A stretch of 62,672 nt of DNA, filler included, from Globobulimina sp. (taxonomy: Eukaryota): NCBI GenBank assembly GCA_003354225.1. It is 41 parts of 41 records of this genome, joined end to end, with 100 filler letters (N's around TTAATTAATTAA, not from the genome) between each part and the next. Parts side by side here need not be neighbours in the genome. Positions count along the whole stretch, not along the records: positions 36,761 to 38,191 come from PIVH01016794.1; positions 38,292 to 39,722 come from PIVH01016795.1; positions 39,823 to 41,252 come from PIVH01016796.1; positions 41,353 to 42,782 come from PIVH01016797.1; positions 42,883 to 44,312 come from PIVH01016798.1; positions 44,413 to 45,842 come from PIVH01016799.1; positions 45,943 to 47,372 come from PIVH01016800.1; positions 47,473 to 48,902 come from PIVH01016801.1; 33 more parts are not named here. The stretch is one strand, 5' to 3'. The number at the start of each line of letters is the position of its first letter. Within the stretch, counting starts at the first letter, position 1. This document shows positions 36,761 to 49,198 of the stretch, in pieces. Below the pieces are notes generated by a model. The model was given only the letters and a program-made list of their open reading frames with translations, was not told where the DNA came from and did not search any database. Both the position numbers and the translations under genes were made by a program.

Positions 36761-38191
36761 GAAGACCTACAATTTTCCATCGGCTCTGTGTGGGCCAATA
36801 TTGTTGGAAGTGTCGACAAAATAAATGCGAGCAACAATAACTTTGATGGCAATGACAATGACATTAAAATGAAAGATAACGACAACGATGATATTATAAA
36901 TATCCCTCAATTGCAAGCGCCAGCAGTTAAAAAACAAAAAGTGGAGAAGCACATCGATACCATTTTAAGCCAGATATGCAACGACCAAATGCGTTTTGGT
37001 AATAAATTGGCTCGTTCTGCGGCGTGTATATGGTTACTATGTATTGTCCGTTTTAGTGGGCATTTACAGTGCATCGAAAAGCGTTTATTAATGATTCAAA
37101 CTGCATTCATCTCTTCGTTGTCAGATTCGAATACATTTACTGTGGAATGTGCGTCCAAAGGATTGGCACATTGCTATGAGATGGCGAGTGCTAACAATAA
37201 CCGGTCGGATGGCGCAGCAAATGACTTATTGCGTTCCTTAATGTCCACCTTAGGCAAAGGCAGAAGAATCATCCACAGCGACACCGAGGTACAGCACAAA
37301 GAGGGCACGTCGACCTATAAGGAATTGTGCCAAATCGCAAAGAATTTGAATCAGCCACAATTAGCGTATCGCTTTTTGGATTTGGCCAGCAATCATTCGA
37401 TCTGGAACAGCAAACGGGGCGCCGCCTTCTCATTAGGTTCTCTGTTGAAAGTAAGCGAGGAATTGAGGGATAAAATGGAGCACATAATCCCGATATTATA
37501 TCGATACAAATTCGATATTAATCCGCAAATTCGCAGTACAATGCAGAATTTATGGCGCTCCATAATTGCGAGCAACAAACATGGTTTGAATGAGGACCAA
37601 ATGGTGGAGAAACATTATGGAAATATAATGGTGGATATCATCGACGGATTACAGTCCAAAGAGTGGAGAGTGCGGGCTTCCACACCCTTAGCTGTCTGCG
37701 CATTGATTGTAGGCAAAAGATTCAATGCAATTGAAAAATATTTGAAGTTGCTGATTGAAAATTTATTTTTGGTGATTCAAGACATAAACTCAATGGTGAA
37801 AAAATCAGCAATTGCCATGACACAGTCGGTGTTAAATTTGATTGAAAGATTAGTAAATACGGATTTGACCAAAACGGCGCACGTCGCGGCCACATTAAAT
37901 ATAATAATACCGATTATAATCGATCCCATCCATGCGGGCATTGAGACGCGTTCAAAAGAGGTACAATTGTTATCTGTGACGATGTTGCTCAAGATTTGCA
38001 GCAATAAAACTGGAAAATATTTGTGTCCGCATTTGCAACATTTGATAAAAATATTATTGATTGGATTATCCACATTGGAGCCGAAGGAATTGAATTATTT
38101 ATCGGTGCAAGATCGCGGGGAGGATTTTGCAGAAAAAGTGGAAACTGCGCGGCTGAAAATGTCTGCTGCATTTTTTAGAAGCTGCTTCTTC
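36761..38191 (+). CDS. ECM29: Proteasome adapter and scaffold protein ECM29, internal fragment
   Basis: AACIWLL, STYKELC...LNQPQLAYRFLDLASNHSIWNSKRGAAF, IPILYRYKFD, EWRVRAS, LSTLEP.ELNYLS. Confidence 0.92.
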
Positions 38192-38291
38192 NNNNNNNNN
38201 NNNNNNNNNNNNNNNNNNNNNNNNNNNNNNNNNNNTTAATTAATTAANNNNNNNNNNNNNNNNNNNNNNNNNNNNNNNNNNNNNNNNNNNN

Positions 38292-38640
38292 TCCGAAATA
38301 TGAATTAAACCGTCGATTCCTTCTTCAACTTGAATAAAGGCGCCAAAATCAGTTAAATTCCAAACCTTTCCTTTTAGCTTGCTTCCAACAGGATATCGAT
38401 CCTCAATGCCTACCCAAGGATTTTTCTCTGTTTGTCGAATTCCCAAAGAAATCTTCTGATTGTCCTTATCAATACCAAGCACCATGATTTCAACTCCATC
38501 TCCTAGTTTGTACGTCTCTTGGGGATTAGTATGACGCTTAGACCATGACATCTCAGAGATGTGCACAAGTCCTTCAATGCCTTTTTCTAACTCAACAAAA
38601 ATGCCATAAGGAACGATATTGACTACCTTTCCTTGGATTC
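38292..38640 (-). CDS. rpsA: Bacterial 30S ribosomal protein S1, internal fragment (two S1 repeats)
   Basis: GKVVNIVPYGIFVELEKGIEGLVHISEMSW...KISLGIRQ..NPW...TDFGAFIQVEEGIDGLIHIS. Confidence 0.92.
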
Positions 38641-38869
38641 TATCGGAGTGCAACTGAGTACAACCCCACAAGTCAGGGGTTGCAGGAATTACATTGTATG
38701 ATGTATCTGAATACATACTACTGCATTCTTGCCCAAAATGTGAACAAAGATGATAATAAATTCCTTTTATTTTACGTGGATTTGTTACTTCCAATGAGTC
38801 TGAATACCTCAACATCATCATCAAGATGCCAATCAAGCTGTCATTTATGTGCATTGTTGTGAAGTTCAA
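38641..38869 (-). CDS. Eukaryotic secreted PA-domain-like protein N-terminus, truncated by the chimeric junction
   Basis: Hydrophobic leader then LEVTNP..IKG.Y....HFG...VIPATP..GC. Confidence 0.45.
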
Positions 38870-38981
38870 GTAAGAGTTTTCTAAGCGATAATTTAAAAAA
38901 GATAATTAATAATTACCGCTAAATATGGATAATTAGCATGTCGGAGAAATGACGTAATCATAATTATGAGAGATTCAACCA

Positions 38982-39722
38982 ATGACAGAAAATTCAAATA
39001 ACTACACTAAAAGCTCTATATTTGAACAAGTTGATGAAATATTAGCAACGACAGATATATCCGAAGCAGATACAAATTACACAGAACATGTGATTCAACA
39101 TCCTTTTGGATTCAATGAATATATTGACAAAAAAATGGTACATAAAATGAAGAAAGTTTTTGATAATTATTGCACAGAAATAGGCAAAAAACAAGATTCA
39201 AGACATTCAAATGAAGAAAATAAATTAGACATTGATCATTTAAAGGATGTTCTTGAATTATTTGGTTTCTTTTTGGGTGACAAAGAATTAAGCAATCTTC
39301 AAAAAACTATCAAAACTTTATATTGTACGCAATTAACATTCCAAGCATTGTTACAAATAATAATCATTGAAATAGACGCATCCAAAGACAAACAAATCAC
39401 AAAAGATTGTTTCAGAGAATGCGATATGGAAAAAAACAACCAATTAAGTATCAATAATTTAAAACAAATGTTATCAGATTTAAATGTGACTCGTTACAAT
39501 GAAGGACAATTCAAGCATTTGTTACATTTTATAAATGAAGACAGATTACGAGATTTTTGGTCTTTGCACGATTTTCGAAAAATGTTGAATATCGATATCG
39601 ATGTAAAGTTATTCCATCCAACACAACCTTTTCTGTACAAACAGAAACTAAAAAAACCCAAAAACCTGACTGCTTCACCAAAACTCAAAAAATGCTCAGT
39701 CGCATGTCGGTTTTCTCGCGAA
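38982..39722 (+). CDS. Divergent calmodulin/centrin-like EF-hand protein, 3' partial
   Basis: MKKVFDNY...LDIDHLKDVLELFG; CFRECDMEKNNQLSINNLKQML. Confidence 0.65.
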
Positions 39723-39822
39723 NNNNNNNNNNNNNNNNNNNNNNNNNNNNNNNNNNNNNNNNNNNNTTAATTAATTAANNNNNNNNNNNNNNNNNNNNNN
39801 NNNNNNNNNNNNNNNNNNNNNN

Positions 39823-40988
39823 TTACTAATTGGAGATTTTATAGCTTTCTGGAGGTTATCTATGCGATCTTGCAACTGTCGGAGTGCGTATATTGTATTT
39901 ATTTTGTACAAATTTAGGCGTTTTGGTGATTTAAATCGATAATTCACATTATTTGCAGTAAAAATACTATGTTTAATATGCGAAGTTGATTGATTTGATT
40001 TGTGCATAGTAAAAATGGTAAAAAGTATACAATGATCAGAAATGGAATACATTGAATCATCATTAGCCACACAGTTAATAATATAATTTTGATGATGCAA
40101 TATTAATTTATCAGATGCTAAATGCAGATCTAATATATTTCCTTTACAATGCGTAGGAATTCTATTATTATTTATAACAGAAATACGTTTCTCATCTATG
40201 AGGCGATCTAACCATGCAAACTCCAGTCGATCTGTGGCGTTATATTTGTTAAAATCAATACGCGAAAATATTTCATTATGTATATTAAAATCGCCACTAA
40301 TGATATATGATTTTATTTGTTGATTTGTCGGTGTCAATGTATGTTGTATCCATTTTTTTTGTTTATAATGCTGCAAAATATAATCCATAATATATTTTAA
40401 TATTTTTATATCAGAAACACCTGTTTTATTGCTCGGGGATCTGTAGTATGATGCAAATAATATAGTTTGTGTGGTATAAGAATTTGATTGTGGATGGATT
40501 GCAATCCATGTCGAGTAATGTCCATTTGCTTTGGTTAACAAATCAATATCAATAAAATTACCAATAATTTGTTGTTGTTGAGTCGTATCTATCTGAATAA
40601 TGTCAACATATTCTTCAAAGCCGTATTTAATGTATATCACATTTTTTAGGTACGGATCGTACATTGGAATACCATTTTTAGTATGAAAATATCCATCAAT
40701 TTCTGGAGGGATCAAAGGTGCAACATAACGTACAGAAACCTCTTGTAATGCAATGATAACAGGTTCCAATTCATTGATGATATCTTGTAACGAATCTAAT
40801 TTAAGTGTATTATATCCACCTTTTCCATTATTGATCAATAAACCATTAACATTTAAAGAAAACACCGATAAAGAAGTGTCATAATAATCTCTATTGATAT
40901 GTCGTAAAATATCGCAACTGTTAATAATATCTGGATGAACATTGTTATATTCTCTCTTTCTGTGATTAATCATCATCGTCGTTGTCAT
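39823..40988 (-). mobile_element. LINE ORF2 N-terminal APE-type endonuclease (EEP domain), 3' partial
   Basis: SLNVNGL, IALQE, SYYRSP, GDFNIH, PTH...ILDL, SDH motifs in the correct order. Confidence 0.85.
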
Positions 40989-41352
40989 CGTTGTTCATCA
41001 ATATTCATGGTATATTCATCCAAAATATAAATATAAAATAACATATAATTCAAAAGCATTGAAATCTGATAAATTAATAAGGAATAAATAGGTATAAAAC
41101 AAAAATAAAAATAAATATTATATATGATTTGGTTGCAAATAAATATGATAGAAATGATTTGGTTGAAAATAAAAATACAAAGTTTATGAACCAATTCAAA
41201 TGCTGAATAATCAAAAACAATTTTAAAATTGGCAGGGAGTCGAATGAGAGTANNNNNNNNNNNNNNNNNNNNNNNNNNNNNNNNNNNNNNNNNNNNTTAA
41301 TTAATTAANNNNNNNNNNNNNNNNNNNNNNNNNNNNNNNNNNNNNNNNNNNN

Positions 41353-42710
41353 TCATTTAAAGTGTCATTATGCAGTTCTTGTTCATTTTTCCCACCCGGA
41401 TTAATATTAGATTCATAAATTTTAAAGTGTTTAAAATATTTATGCAAATTATAAACCTGCAACAATGTTAAATGTGATTGTTGCATTAAAGAATTTGTGA
41501 CATGAAACTCAATTAATAATTGTTTAAATTTATTTTCTTTTATATATTTGCCATTTTTATATTCAATCAAATCATTTAATATGCTCCATTCACATCCTTC
41601 GCAGTCAATTTTTAATATATCAATAGTTATGTCCTCACGATCATGTTTTAAAAAATGCATAATTTCAATAATTGAAATTAATTTTGAATTTTCAACTGTT
41701 TTAAAATTCAATGTATATTTATTAGCACCAACACACCACGGATAAAATAATACATTTTCAGCCATATTATGTGGATAAGACACTGTGCAGTCAAAACTAT
41801 ACACTTTGCAGCCTTTGCTGCCCATTACTTTATCAAATTGGTTTTTCGCCGAAACTCCGATTGAATAAATAATGCAATTATTCATATCCATATTATCCAA
41901 ACATGGCTGCCATCCTCGTTTCCGCGCATATTTTTCCATTTGATTTCCACATTTCTTATTTTCCATAAATGAGGATGGCAATGACCATATTGCCGAGGAT
42001 AATATATTCATATTTTCATCCAATGGAATAAAATTAAATTTTAAATCTGGAGAATAAACTCGACCCTCTTTTGTTGTTACATTGTAAATATATCTTATTA
42101 TATCATTATTATTATTTGCCAAATCAATTAATTCTGAATAGTACCATTGATGTGTTTGTTTGTGTAATTTTACTGCCTTATTATTCAAAAATAACTTAAA
42201 TGACAAATCCGTTGTTAATACATTAAATATTGTATATGATATTGCTGCTCTATCATAATAATTATTGCTCTCATTAATATTATTAAATAAGGTGACATAT
42301 TGCAAATTGGCGGAACAATCAAACACAAAATCTCTCATATTATTATCCCAAAATGGTTTAAACCCTAAAAATTTATATCCATTTTTGAAACTCGGTGAGA
42401 GTTTGTGCCAACATGTTTTAATTTCGGTGTTAGGCACCTGCAGTATATCAACGCTTATTGTACATAACCATTCGTCAATGGCACAATTAAAAGTGTTCTG
42501 GTCAGTAAATTGCAATTTTGCATCATACACATCATTGAAATAATGACCATTGTACATCCACAGTGATAACAGTGACCATAAAACTGTTAAACATAATAAT
42601 AACAGCTTCAGGTATCTGCGTGTTGACACATCTTTTGTCATAATAATTAACTGTTTTTTTCCTAATTGACTATGCCCAACTAAGTGATTTTCGAGACCGT
42701 TACATTTCAT
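41353..42710 (-). CDS. Type II membrane methyltransferase (METTL24/FkbM-like), 3' partial
   Basis: N-terminal TM; CIIYSIGV, CKVYSFD, IDILKIDCEGCEW, QLLIEFH. Confidence 0.8.
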
Positions 42711-43351
42711 GTCTCCAATGTCTACACTTGTCTTTTAGATTGGCGATCCTAAATATGATTTTTACGAGAGAATTTCGTCTAANNNNNNNNNNNNNNNNNN
42801 NNNNNNNNNNNNNNNNNNNNNNNNNNTTAATTAATTAANNNNNNNNNNNNNNNNNNNNNNNNNNNNNNNNNNNNNNNNNNNNTCATTGAAAAGTATACAA
42901 ATAAAAGCAGCACATAAATGATATGGAGATCGTAGTTGGATATATAATGAATATATTTTAATGAATAAAGAGTTAAATCAATTAAATCAAACACAATTTA
43001 AAATGTCATTAAATATCACAAAAGATTCTGATGGTGATAAAGAAGATACGTTATGTATTGACAGATTATAATCTTAATTGCTGTTCTGATTTGTTTCCCA
43101 TTTGATTTTTTTATTGTGTTTATTTTTTTTTAATTTTTAATTTTTGCTGGTAAGTTGAATTATATTTTTCTGTTGAATTGACGACTTTGCATAAATGTTT
43201 CGAAAAAAAAGATATGTTTTTAGTGATCGGATCGGATCGGATCTGATCGGATTTCGACTTTTGTAGGTGATCGATCACTATGTGATAGGGTTAATATGTA
43301 TAATATCTATAATATGGATATTAAAAATAGTTAAAATAGTTGTTTGAAACA

Positions 43352-44245
43352 TTAACTACAACAACAGAAACACAGATATACGTTTCGTTTTGATTTATCT
43401 CTTCTATGCATCCTTTCAATTAAACTTCTATTTCTTTTCAATGCCGCATCGCCAATATATAAAACTACCCCATCCACAATGCCATTGGCTATGTTATGCG
43501 ATCCAAACCAATAATATACGCATTCTGTAATTTTATCCTCAAATTTTAATCCATTCCAATGTTGCAATACACCAAATACCCGTTTATCATAAAAATACAC
43601 CAAACAAATATGTGATAACCATATTACCACTGTACTCAGTACAATAATGATTATATAAACAATAAAATAATTTCCACTCAACAGAAAATATCTACATATA
43701 TAGATATAAATATATGCAATTTGAAGTTACACAAAATACAAATACACATACGTTATAATAAAATAGCAAGCAATAACAACTATAATTGTAATAATGAGCA
43801 AAATCCATATTTCCTTCGTCATTAAATATCTGCAATATGCCATTCGTTCCTGTTTTTCTTCAATTTTATCGTCTTCATAGTTTTCTAAGTGTGCCAATGT
43901 AGCATCATATGTATCATGTAAATCCGTAAACGTTCGTCCGGTTGAATCCAAATGAACACTCGTAAACGGCGTGAAATCACTTATAGTATAATTTAACTCG
44001 GCATCTTCAATGTTTTCATTAAATCCCTCGCTGCCCATATCATTATGTAATTCTTTCACAATTACAGTTGCAAATGAATTGTTGTGTTGCAGTGCAACAT
44101 CATTGGTTGGCGTATTGTTTGAAATATGATTATATGTGACTGGGGTATTTTTACTACTATGTCTTCCGTCTGATGTTCTATTTTTTAGATTTATAGAAAG
44201 TGGAGTCGATACGTCCCGGTGGTTGTTTCTCAACATGACCTGCAT
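43352..44245 (-). CDS. Hypothetical membrane protein; 60-nt intron 43692-43751
   Basis: GTATGT...TGTAG intron joins ORF 43727-44245 to ORF 43352-43681 in frame; 2-3 TM helices. Confidence 0.6.
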
Positions 44246-44412
44246 TGCAGACCTTGTATTTTCTAGTCACAAGGGGGAAAAAAAACGTTCTTGAAGTTTT
44301 TGGGTAGAATTTNNNNNNNNNNNNNNNNNNNNNNNNNNNNNNNNNNNNNNNNNNNNTTAATTAATTAANNNNNNNNNNNNNNNNNNNNNNNNNNNNNNNN
44401 NNNNNNNNNNNN

Positions 44413-45842
44413 GTGCGTTATGTGGGTGACATTGCGGAATTCAAAGAGAAAGCAATATGGTATGGCATAGAGATCCGAATGACAGCTGGACTTCTTGGTG
44501 ATTCTAACGGAAGTATCGGGACAACCACATATTTCAAATGCGCAGTAAATGAAGGTTTATTTGTCAAATTGCCTGACATTCAGCGACGTATCGAACCAAA
44601 AGAATTATTACAAAAAGTAGTAAAATTAACCAAAATCAAAAATTCAATGCATCAATTACTAAATCAATCGCATAACGACTTGACAAAATTAAAAAGAAAA
44701 TTTAATGTCTCCAATTCGCCCACAAAATATGACTACACCTTTACGAGCAACAGAAACCATCAAAAGCAGCATAGTCAGCATAACCACCACAACCACGGCC
44801 ATCATCGCCCGCTATTTGGCGACAATAATTCTGGCTCAATCAACTACGAACCGTCAACGTCAATGTCTGACTCAACTGACTTCTCCACGACAACCGTCAC
44901 GAATATATCCGAAAATAGCAAAAGCAATTACAATTATAACGACCCTCACCCTGTTCCTGTACATGTAGCCCCAATACAAGTCGCTAAACAATTAACGGCA
45001 AGGAATTCTATTAAATCCTACACCAATCAAGAGATAAAAGCATGGGACACAAAACAAGTCATTGTGTGGATAAACAGCATCCGTAATAATGATAATAATG
45101 ACGGCAATGAATGGATAGATATAATAAATGATGTACAACAATGCCAAATCAATGGCAATGACTTGTTATTGATGAATGAAACAAATTCATTGCCGAAACA
45201 GTTGACCATTAACTCACTACACATTAGGCGTAAAATTATGAATGAATTGGTATTTGCGATGAATAGCGGCCATAAAAGGCCATCTTTATTATATAGTTCA
45301 TCGACGCCGGCGACTACAAACAGTGCAACGGTGAAAACTAAACATAATAAACATGTCACTTTTGATGATATTGATGTGGATATCGGGATAGATAAAGATG
45401 GGAAACAGAACGAGAGTGCGTGTACGGAGTGCACCCAATCATTCCATGAATTAAATACATTTTTTAACAAAATAGACTCAAATAATGATGGCAAAGTTGA
45501 TTTTAGTGCGTTTCGGTATATTTTAATTGAGATTGATCCCGATTTAGAACCGTATAAATTAACCAATGAGGCTATAAAAAGATGTTTCGATGAGTTTGAT
45601 CTCACTAAAAATGGATGGATCACCATCGAAGAGTTCATTGTTGTTATGGGCAAAACATATTTGCGCGGACTGTCCAAATCATATCAAAACAATGGCAGCG
45701 GCACACCATTGACCAAAACAGAGATCAAAGCCTATTTTATTCAAATAATTAAACATTTTATAAAAAAGGGACAAAAAAATATAAATTATAGTAATAGTAA
45801 TAATAATAATAAATCGCGGAGAAGGACGACGAGTGGAAGTAA
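44413..45842 (+). CDS. CAP-Gly + coiled coil + SAM + EF-hand pair protein, partial
   Basis: VRYVG...WYGIE...GDSNGS....YFKC...GLFV (CAP-Gly); WDTKQVIVWI..INGNDLL (SAM); DSNNDGKVDF and DLTKNGWITIEEF (EF-hands). Confidence 0.85.
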
Positions 45843-45969
45843 NNNNNNNNNNNNNNNNNNNNNNNNNNNNNNNNNNNNNNNNNNNNTTAATTAATTAANN
45901 NNNNNNNNNNNNNNNNNNNNNNNNNNNNNNNNNNNNNNNNNNGTACCGCTGACATATGTATATCCAGTT

Positions 45970-46635
45970 ATGAATGCATCACCAAATGACGGTAATGCAG
46001 CAAAAAAACAAAAATTAAATGTGCATAATGTATTGGCATCATTGGATGATGACAGTGATGCGTCAAATTCGGATGACATTGCCAAAAATGCATTGGTAAA
46101 TAGCAGCGAACCAATAACATTAAATGTTGGAGGAATTAAATATCAAACAACGTTATCAACATTAAGTAAATATGACAGTTGTGTCATAGCTAAAATGTTT
46201 AGCGGGAAATATTCATTGAAACCAAATAACGATGGATCATATTTTATTGATCGAAGTGGTAAATGGTTTGAATATATTTTGGAATTTTTACGAAGTGGAA
46301 AAATAAATATACCAAAGGTGAATCGGGAATGTATTATTGAGAATGTATCAAATGAAGCTGATTTTTTTCATTTACCACAGTTACAACAACAATTACGTGA
46401 TTATACAAATGATGGAATCAACAGAAACGCAAATAACACAAGATTAAAAATTTTTGGTTTTACAATGTATGGGGGAATGACCGCAGTGCAAGAATGTAAT
46501 AGATGGATGAAAAAGTGTGAGATTGGTATTAAAATACTGAAGGTGTGGACTCAAAATGATTCCGGAGAAGAGTTTAGTTCTCCTGCCGATATTTATGTAC
46601 TTTACAGTGTTTCAAATGGAATCAGGAGAAAGTAA
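45970..46635 (+). CDS. KCTD-type BTB/POZ domain protein
   Basis: ITLNVGGIKYQTTLSTL...YFIDRSG..FEYILEFLR...EADFF. Confidence 0.9.
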   Translation: MNASPNDGNAAKKQKLNVHNVLASLDDDSDASNSDDIAKNALVNSSEPITLNVGGIKYQTTLSTLSKYDSCVIAKMFSGKYSLKPNNDGSYFIDRSGKWFEYILEFLRSGKINIPKVNRECIIENVSNEADFFHLPQLQQQLRDYTNDGINRNANNTRLKIFGFTMYGGMTAVQECNRWMKKCEIGIKILKVWTQNDSGEEFSSPADIYVLYSVSNGIRRK

Positions 46636-46676
46636 AAATAAAAAAAAATGTTCAAAACAATCACAAAACACAAAAT

Positions 46677-47372
46677 TTAATGATGACAATTTTGGTGATT
46701 CTGATGTCCAGCATTATTATTCTCATTAAATATAAAATAGTCATAGTCCTTATGCGGAGTAAACGATTTCTTCAATAACAGTATAGCATTCATCAGTTTT
46801 TTCCTATGTCCCATCTTCTTGACCCCCAACTTAATCAAATCATTCTCATTCAAAAAACATAACAGATAAATATCATCAAATCCCTCTGTAATAAAAACAT
46901 TAAGATATTCATCTAAATGCAAGCCATCACATAACCACACTTTCAACGCATTATATTTATCATCATTCACCGACATATTTCTCTCTTGCAATATATTATA
47001 TTGCCTCACTTTAATCTCTTCCACAGACTTATTTAATGCATTTAAACTCTCCCATATTTTATGAAATTCCTCATTTATTTTATGAAATTCCTCATTGTTA
47101 TCCACTAAAAACCGTCCAATATATCCATTAGTTTCATTGTGCGCAATCGGTGTATTTGTACATGATGTTCGTGGCGAGCCTGCATCCAATATCGATGATG
47201 ATTTTGCTGGTTCGATGATAAAGCGACCCAAATGTTTATCATCATCATTCTCCTCGTCATTGTCGACAATATCATCCATTTTATACTCCAAAGTGTCCCT
47301 CCTTCCATGCATAGCAGTCATCATTTCATCATTCATCATTTTATTGGACCTCAATCTCGCTATTAATTTGTC
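46677..47372 (-). CDS. C-terminal SAM domain protein, 5' partial
   Basis: LKVWL..LHLDEYLNVFITEGFDD...LNENDLIKLGVKKMGHRKKL. Confidence 0.8.
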   Translation of the reverse strand, partial: DKLIARLRSNKMMNDEMMTAMHGRRDTLEYKMDDIVDNDEENDDDKHLGRFIIEPAKSSSILDAGSPRTSCTNTPIAHNETNGYIGRFLVDNNEEFHKINEEFHKIWESLNALNKSVEEIKVRQYNILQERNMSVNDDKYNALKVWLCDGLHLDEYLNVFITEGFDDIYLLCFLNENDLIKLGVKKMGHRKKLMNAILLLKKSFTPHKDYDYFIFNENNNAGHQNHQNCHH

Positions 47373-47601
47373 NNNNNNNNNNNNNNNNNNNNNNNNNNNN
47401 NNNNNNNNNNNNNNNNTTAATTAATTAANNNNNNNNNNNNNNNNNNNNNNNNNNNNNNNNNNNNNNNNNNNNTAGTACTTTGATAATTCTATATTTTAGT
47501 ACTTTCCATTTGTTGAATATTTCCAATTGCAATTCTTTGCTCATACTTGGCAGCTTGGGTACATTCAAAAAAAAACAAGTGTGAAAATGTAAAGTGTCAC
47601 T

Positions 47602-47655
47602 TACTTTAGAATAGGACCTGTTTGAACCACCGCGTGTTTAAACAATTTAAAATCC
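47602..47655. repeat. 54-bp direct repeat, copy 1
   Basis: 49/54 identical to 48786-48839; contains the palindrome TGTTTAAACA. Confidence 0.9.
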
Positions 47656-47702
47656 CATTCTAAAGTATACACAAGTTATATAGTTCGGTACAAGTCATAT
47701 AG

Positions 47703-48701
47703 TCACGAACATTTACAAACACTCGGTGCTGGATTATGTCTGTCATTAAACTGACTGAATGTGCTGCCATGCTGTGTATGCATCGTCAAATCCAACTCAC
47801 CGATGATTGTCGAGGGTCCCATCTTTTCCATCACGTTATCTTTCAATAAATACATGAGAACCGTAGTAAACAACTGTTTAATATTACTCCCAGACTTAGC
47901 ACTAACTTCCATAAACTTACACCCATTCAACTGTGCAAACGCAAATCCCTCATTGAAAGCAATCACTCTCTCTTTCTCACCAATATCAGTCTTAGTCCCT
48001 ACGATGAACCTCTTTGCATATTCACTCCCTTTGTCACCTATTCTCACCAACCAATCATGCAACGCATTAAATGATTGTACATCGGTTATGTCATAACATA
48101 TAATAAAAGCATGTGATGCTCGATATAACCAATTCCCAATTGATTGAAACATTTCTTGTCCGACAGTGTCCAACAGAGTTAACTTACATTTTGTATCTAA
48201 TATACTAACTTTTTTAACACATACATCCAAACCGATGGTTGGCAGAGACAGAGCATCGAATACATCACTTACAAATCGCTGAATAATACAGGTTTTGCCA
48301 ACACCACTGTTGCCAAGTAATGAAACACTAAATGACAAATATGTGTCTTTATCATCAGTCAGAGGCAGAGAACGTGTCTGAGCGTCACTGATTAAATATT
48401 CTGTGGCATTGCTATCGAGTGTGTTGACGTTATCATATACATTAATATTGCTTTCATTTTGTAAATTTTGTATGGCTGTCTTGAATTTTAATTTTACCAT
48501 AACGTCGAAGTTTAATTTATTGCATAAATCATCAAAATCTTTTGGGAAATTAATGTTGCTCAGATCTTGTAATGACAGAAAAGTTAAAGTTTTAGATTGT
48601 TCTGCATTTAATAAAACTCCTGCTTCTTTTAAATATGTAACTGTATCATTTTCTGCAATTGAATGCATTTTATCAGTTCTCACGTCAAGCATGGTTGACA
48701 T
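47703..48701 (-). CDS. Rab-family small GTPase with an N-terminal SAM-like extension, intronless
   Basis: GNSGVGKT, PTIGLD, DTVGQE, GTKTD, EVSAK, C-terminal CKCS. Confidence 0.88.
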   Translation of the reverse strand: MSTMLDVRTDKMHSIAENDTVTYLKEAGVLLNAEQSKTLTFLSLQDLSNINFPKDFDDLCNKLNFDVMVKLKFKTAIQNLQNESNINVYDNVNTLDSNATEYLISDAQTRSLPLTDDKDTYLSFSVSLLGNSGVGKTCIIQRFVSDVFDALSLPTIGLDVCVKKVSILDTKCKLTLLDTVGQEMFQSIGNWLYRASHAFIICYDITDVQSFNALHDWLVRIGDKGSEYAKRFIVGTKTDIGEKERVIAFNEGFAFAQLNGCKFMEVSAKSGSNIKQLFTTVLMYLLKDNVMEKMGPSTIIGELDLTMHTQHGSTFSQFNDRHNPAPSVCKCS

Positions 48702-48785
48702 TTTATTTTCTTAAGTCTAAGTCAGCTGCAAAATTATTGTTTTATGTCACGGAGTAAAACTTCCACCCTATTTCAGACATGTGAA

Positions 48786-48839
48786 TACTTTAGAATAGGA
48801 CGTGTTTAGAATACCGCGTGTTTAAACAATTTAAAATCC
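48786..48839. repeat. 54-bp direct repeat, copy 2
   Basis: TACTTTAGAATAGGACGTGTTTAGAATACCGCGTGTTTAAACAATTTAAAATCC. Confidence 0.9.
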
Positions 48840-49198
48840 TATGGAGATTTACATACAGTGCTAGGATAAAGTATACAATTTCAAAAGAAAAGTGTTCTAA
48901 ACNNNNNNNNNNNNNNNNNNNNNNNNNNNNNNNNNNNNNNNNNNNNTTAATTAATTAANNNNNNNNNNNNNNNNNNNNNNNNNNNNNNNNNNNNNNNNNN
49001 NNGAACTAAAGGTACTAAACATAGACAGAACATGTATCGATATTCAATATGCAAAATATGTTTGATAATTGGTTTTAGAATTTGTATAGATAACATATTT
49101 TGAATATACATATACTTTCGAACCAATCTACAGGGAAAGTATATTAAGTCCTATACAAAAAACATATTGTTAAATACTGTAACACCACACAGACAAAA

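Noticed and set aside
43224-43252. (GATCG)n run
   Set aside because: Short microsatellite with no further structure
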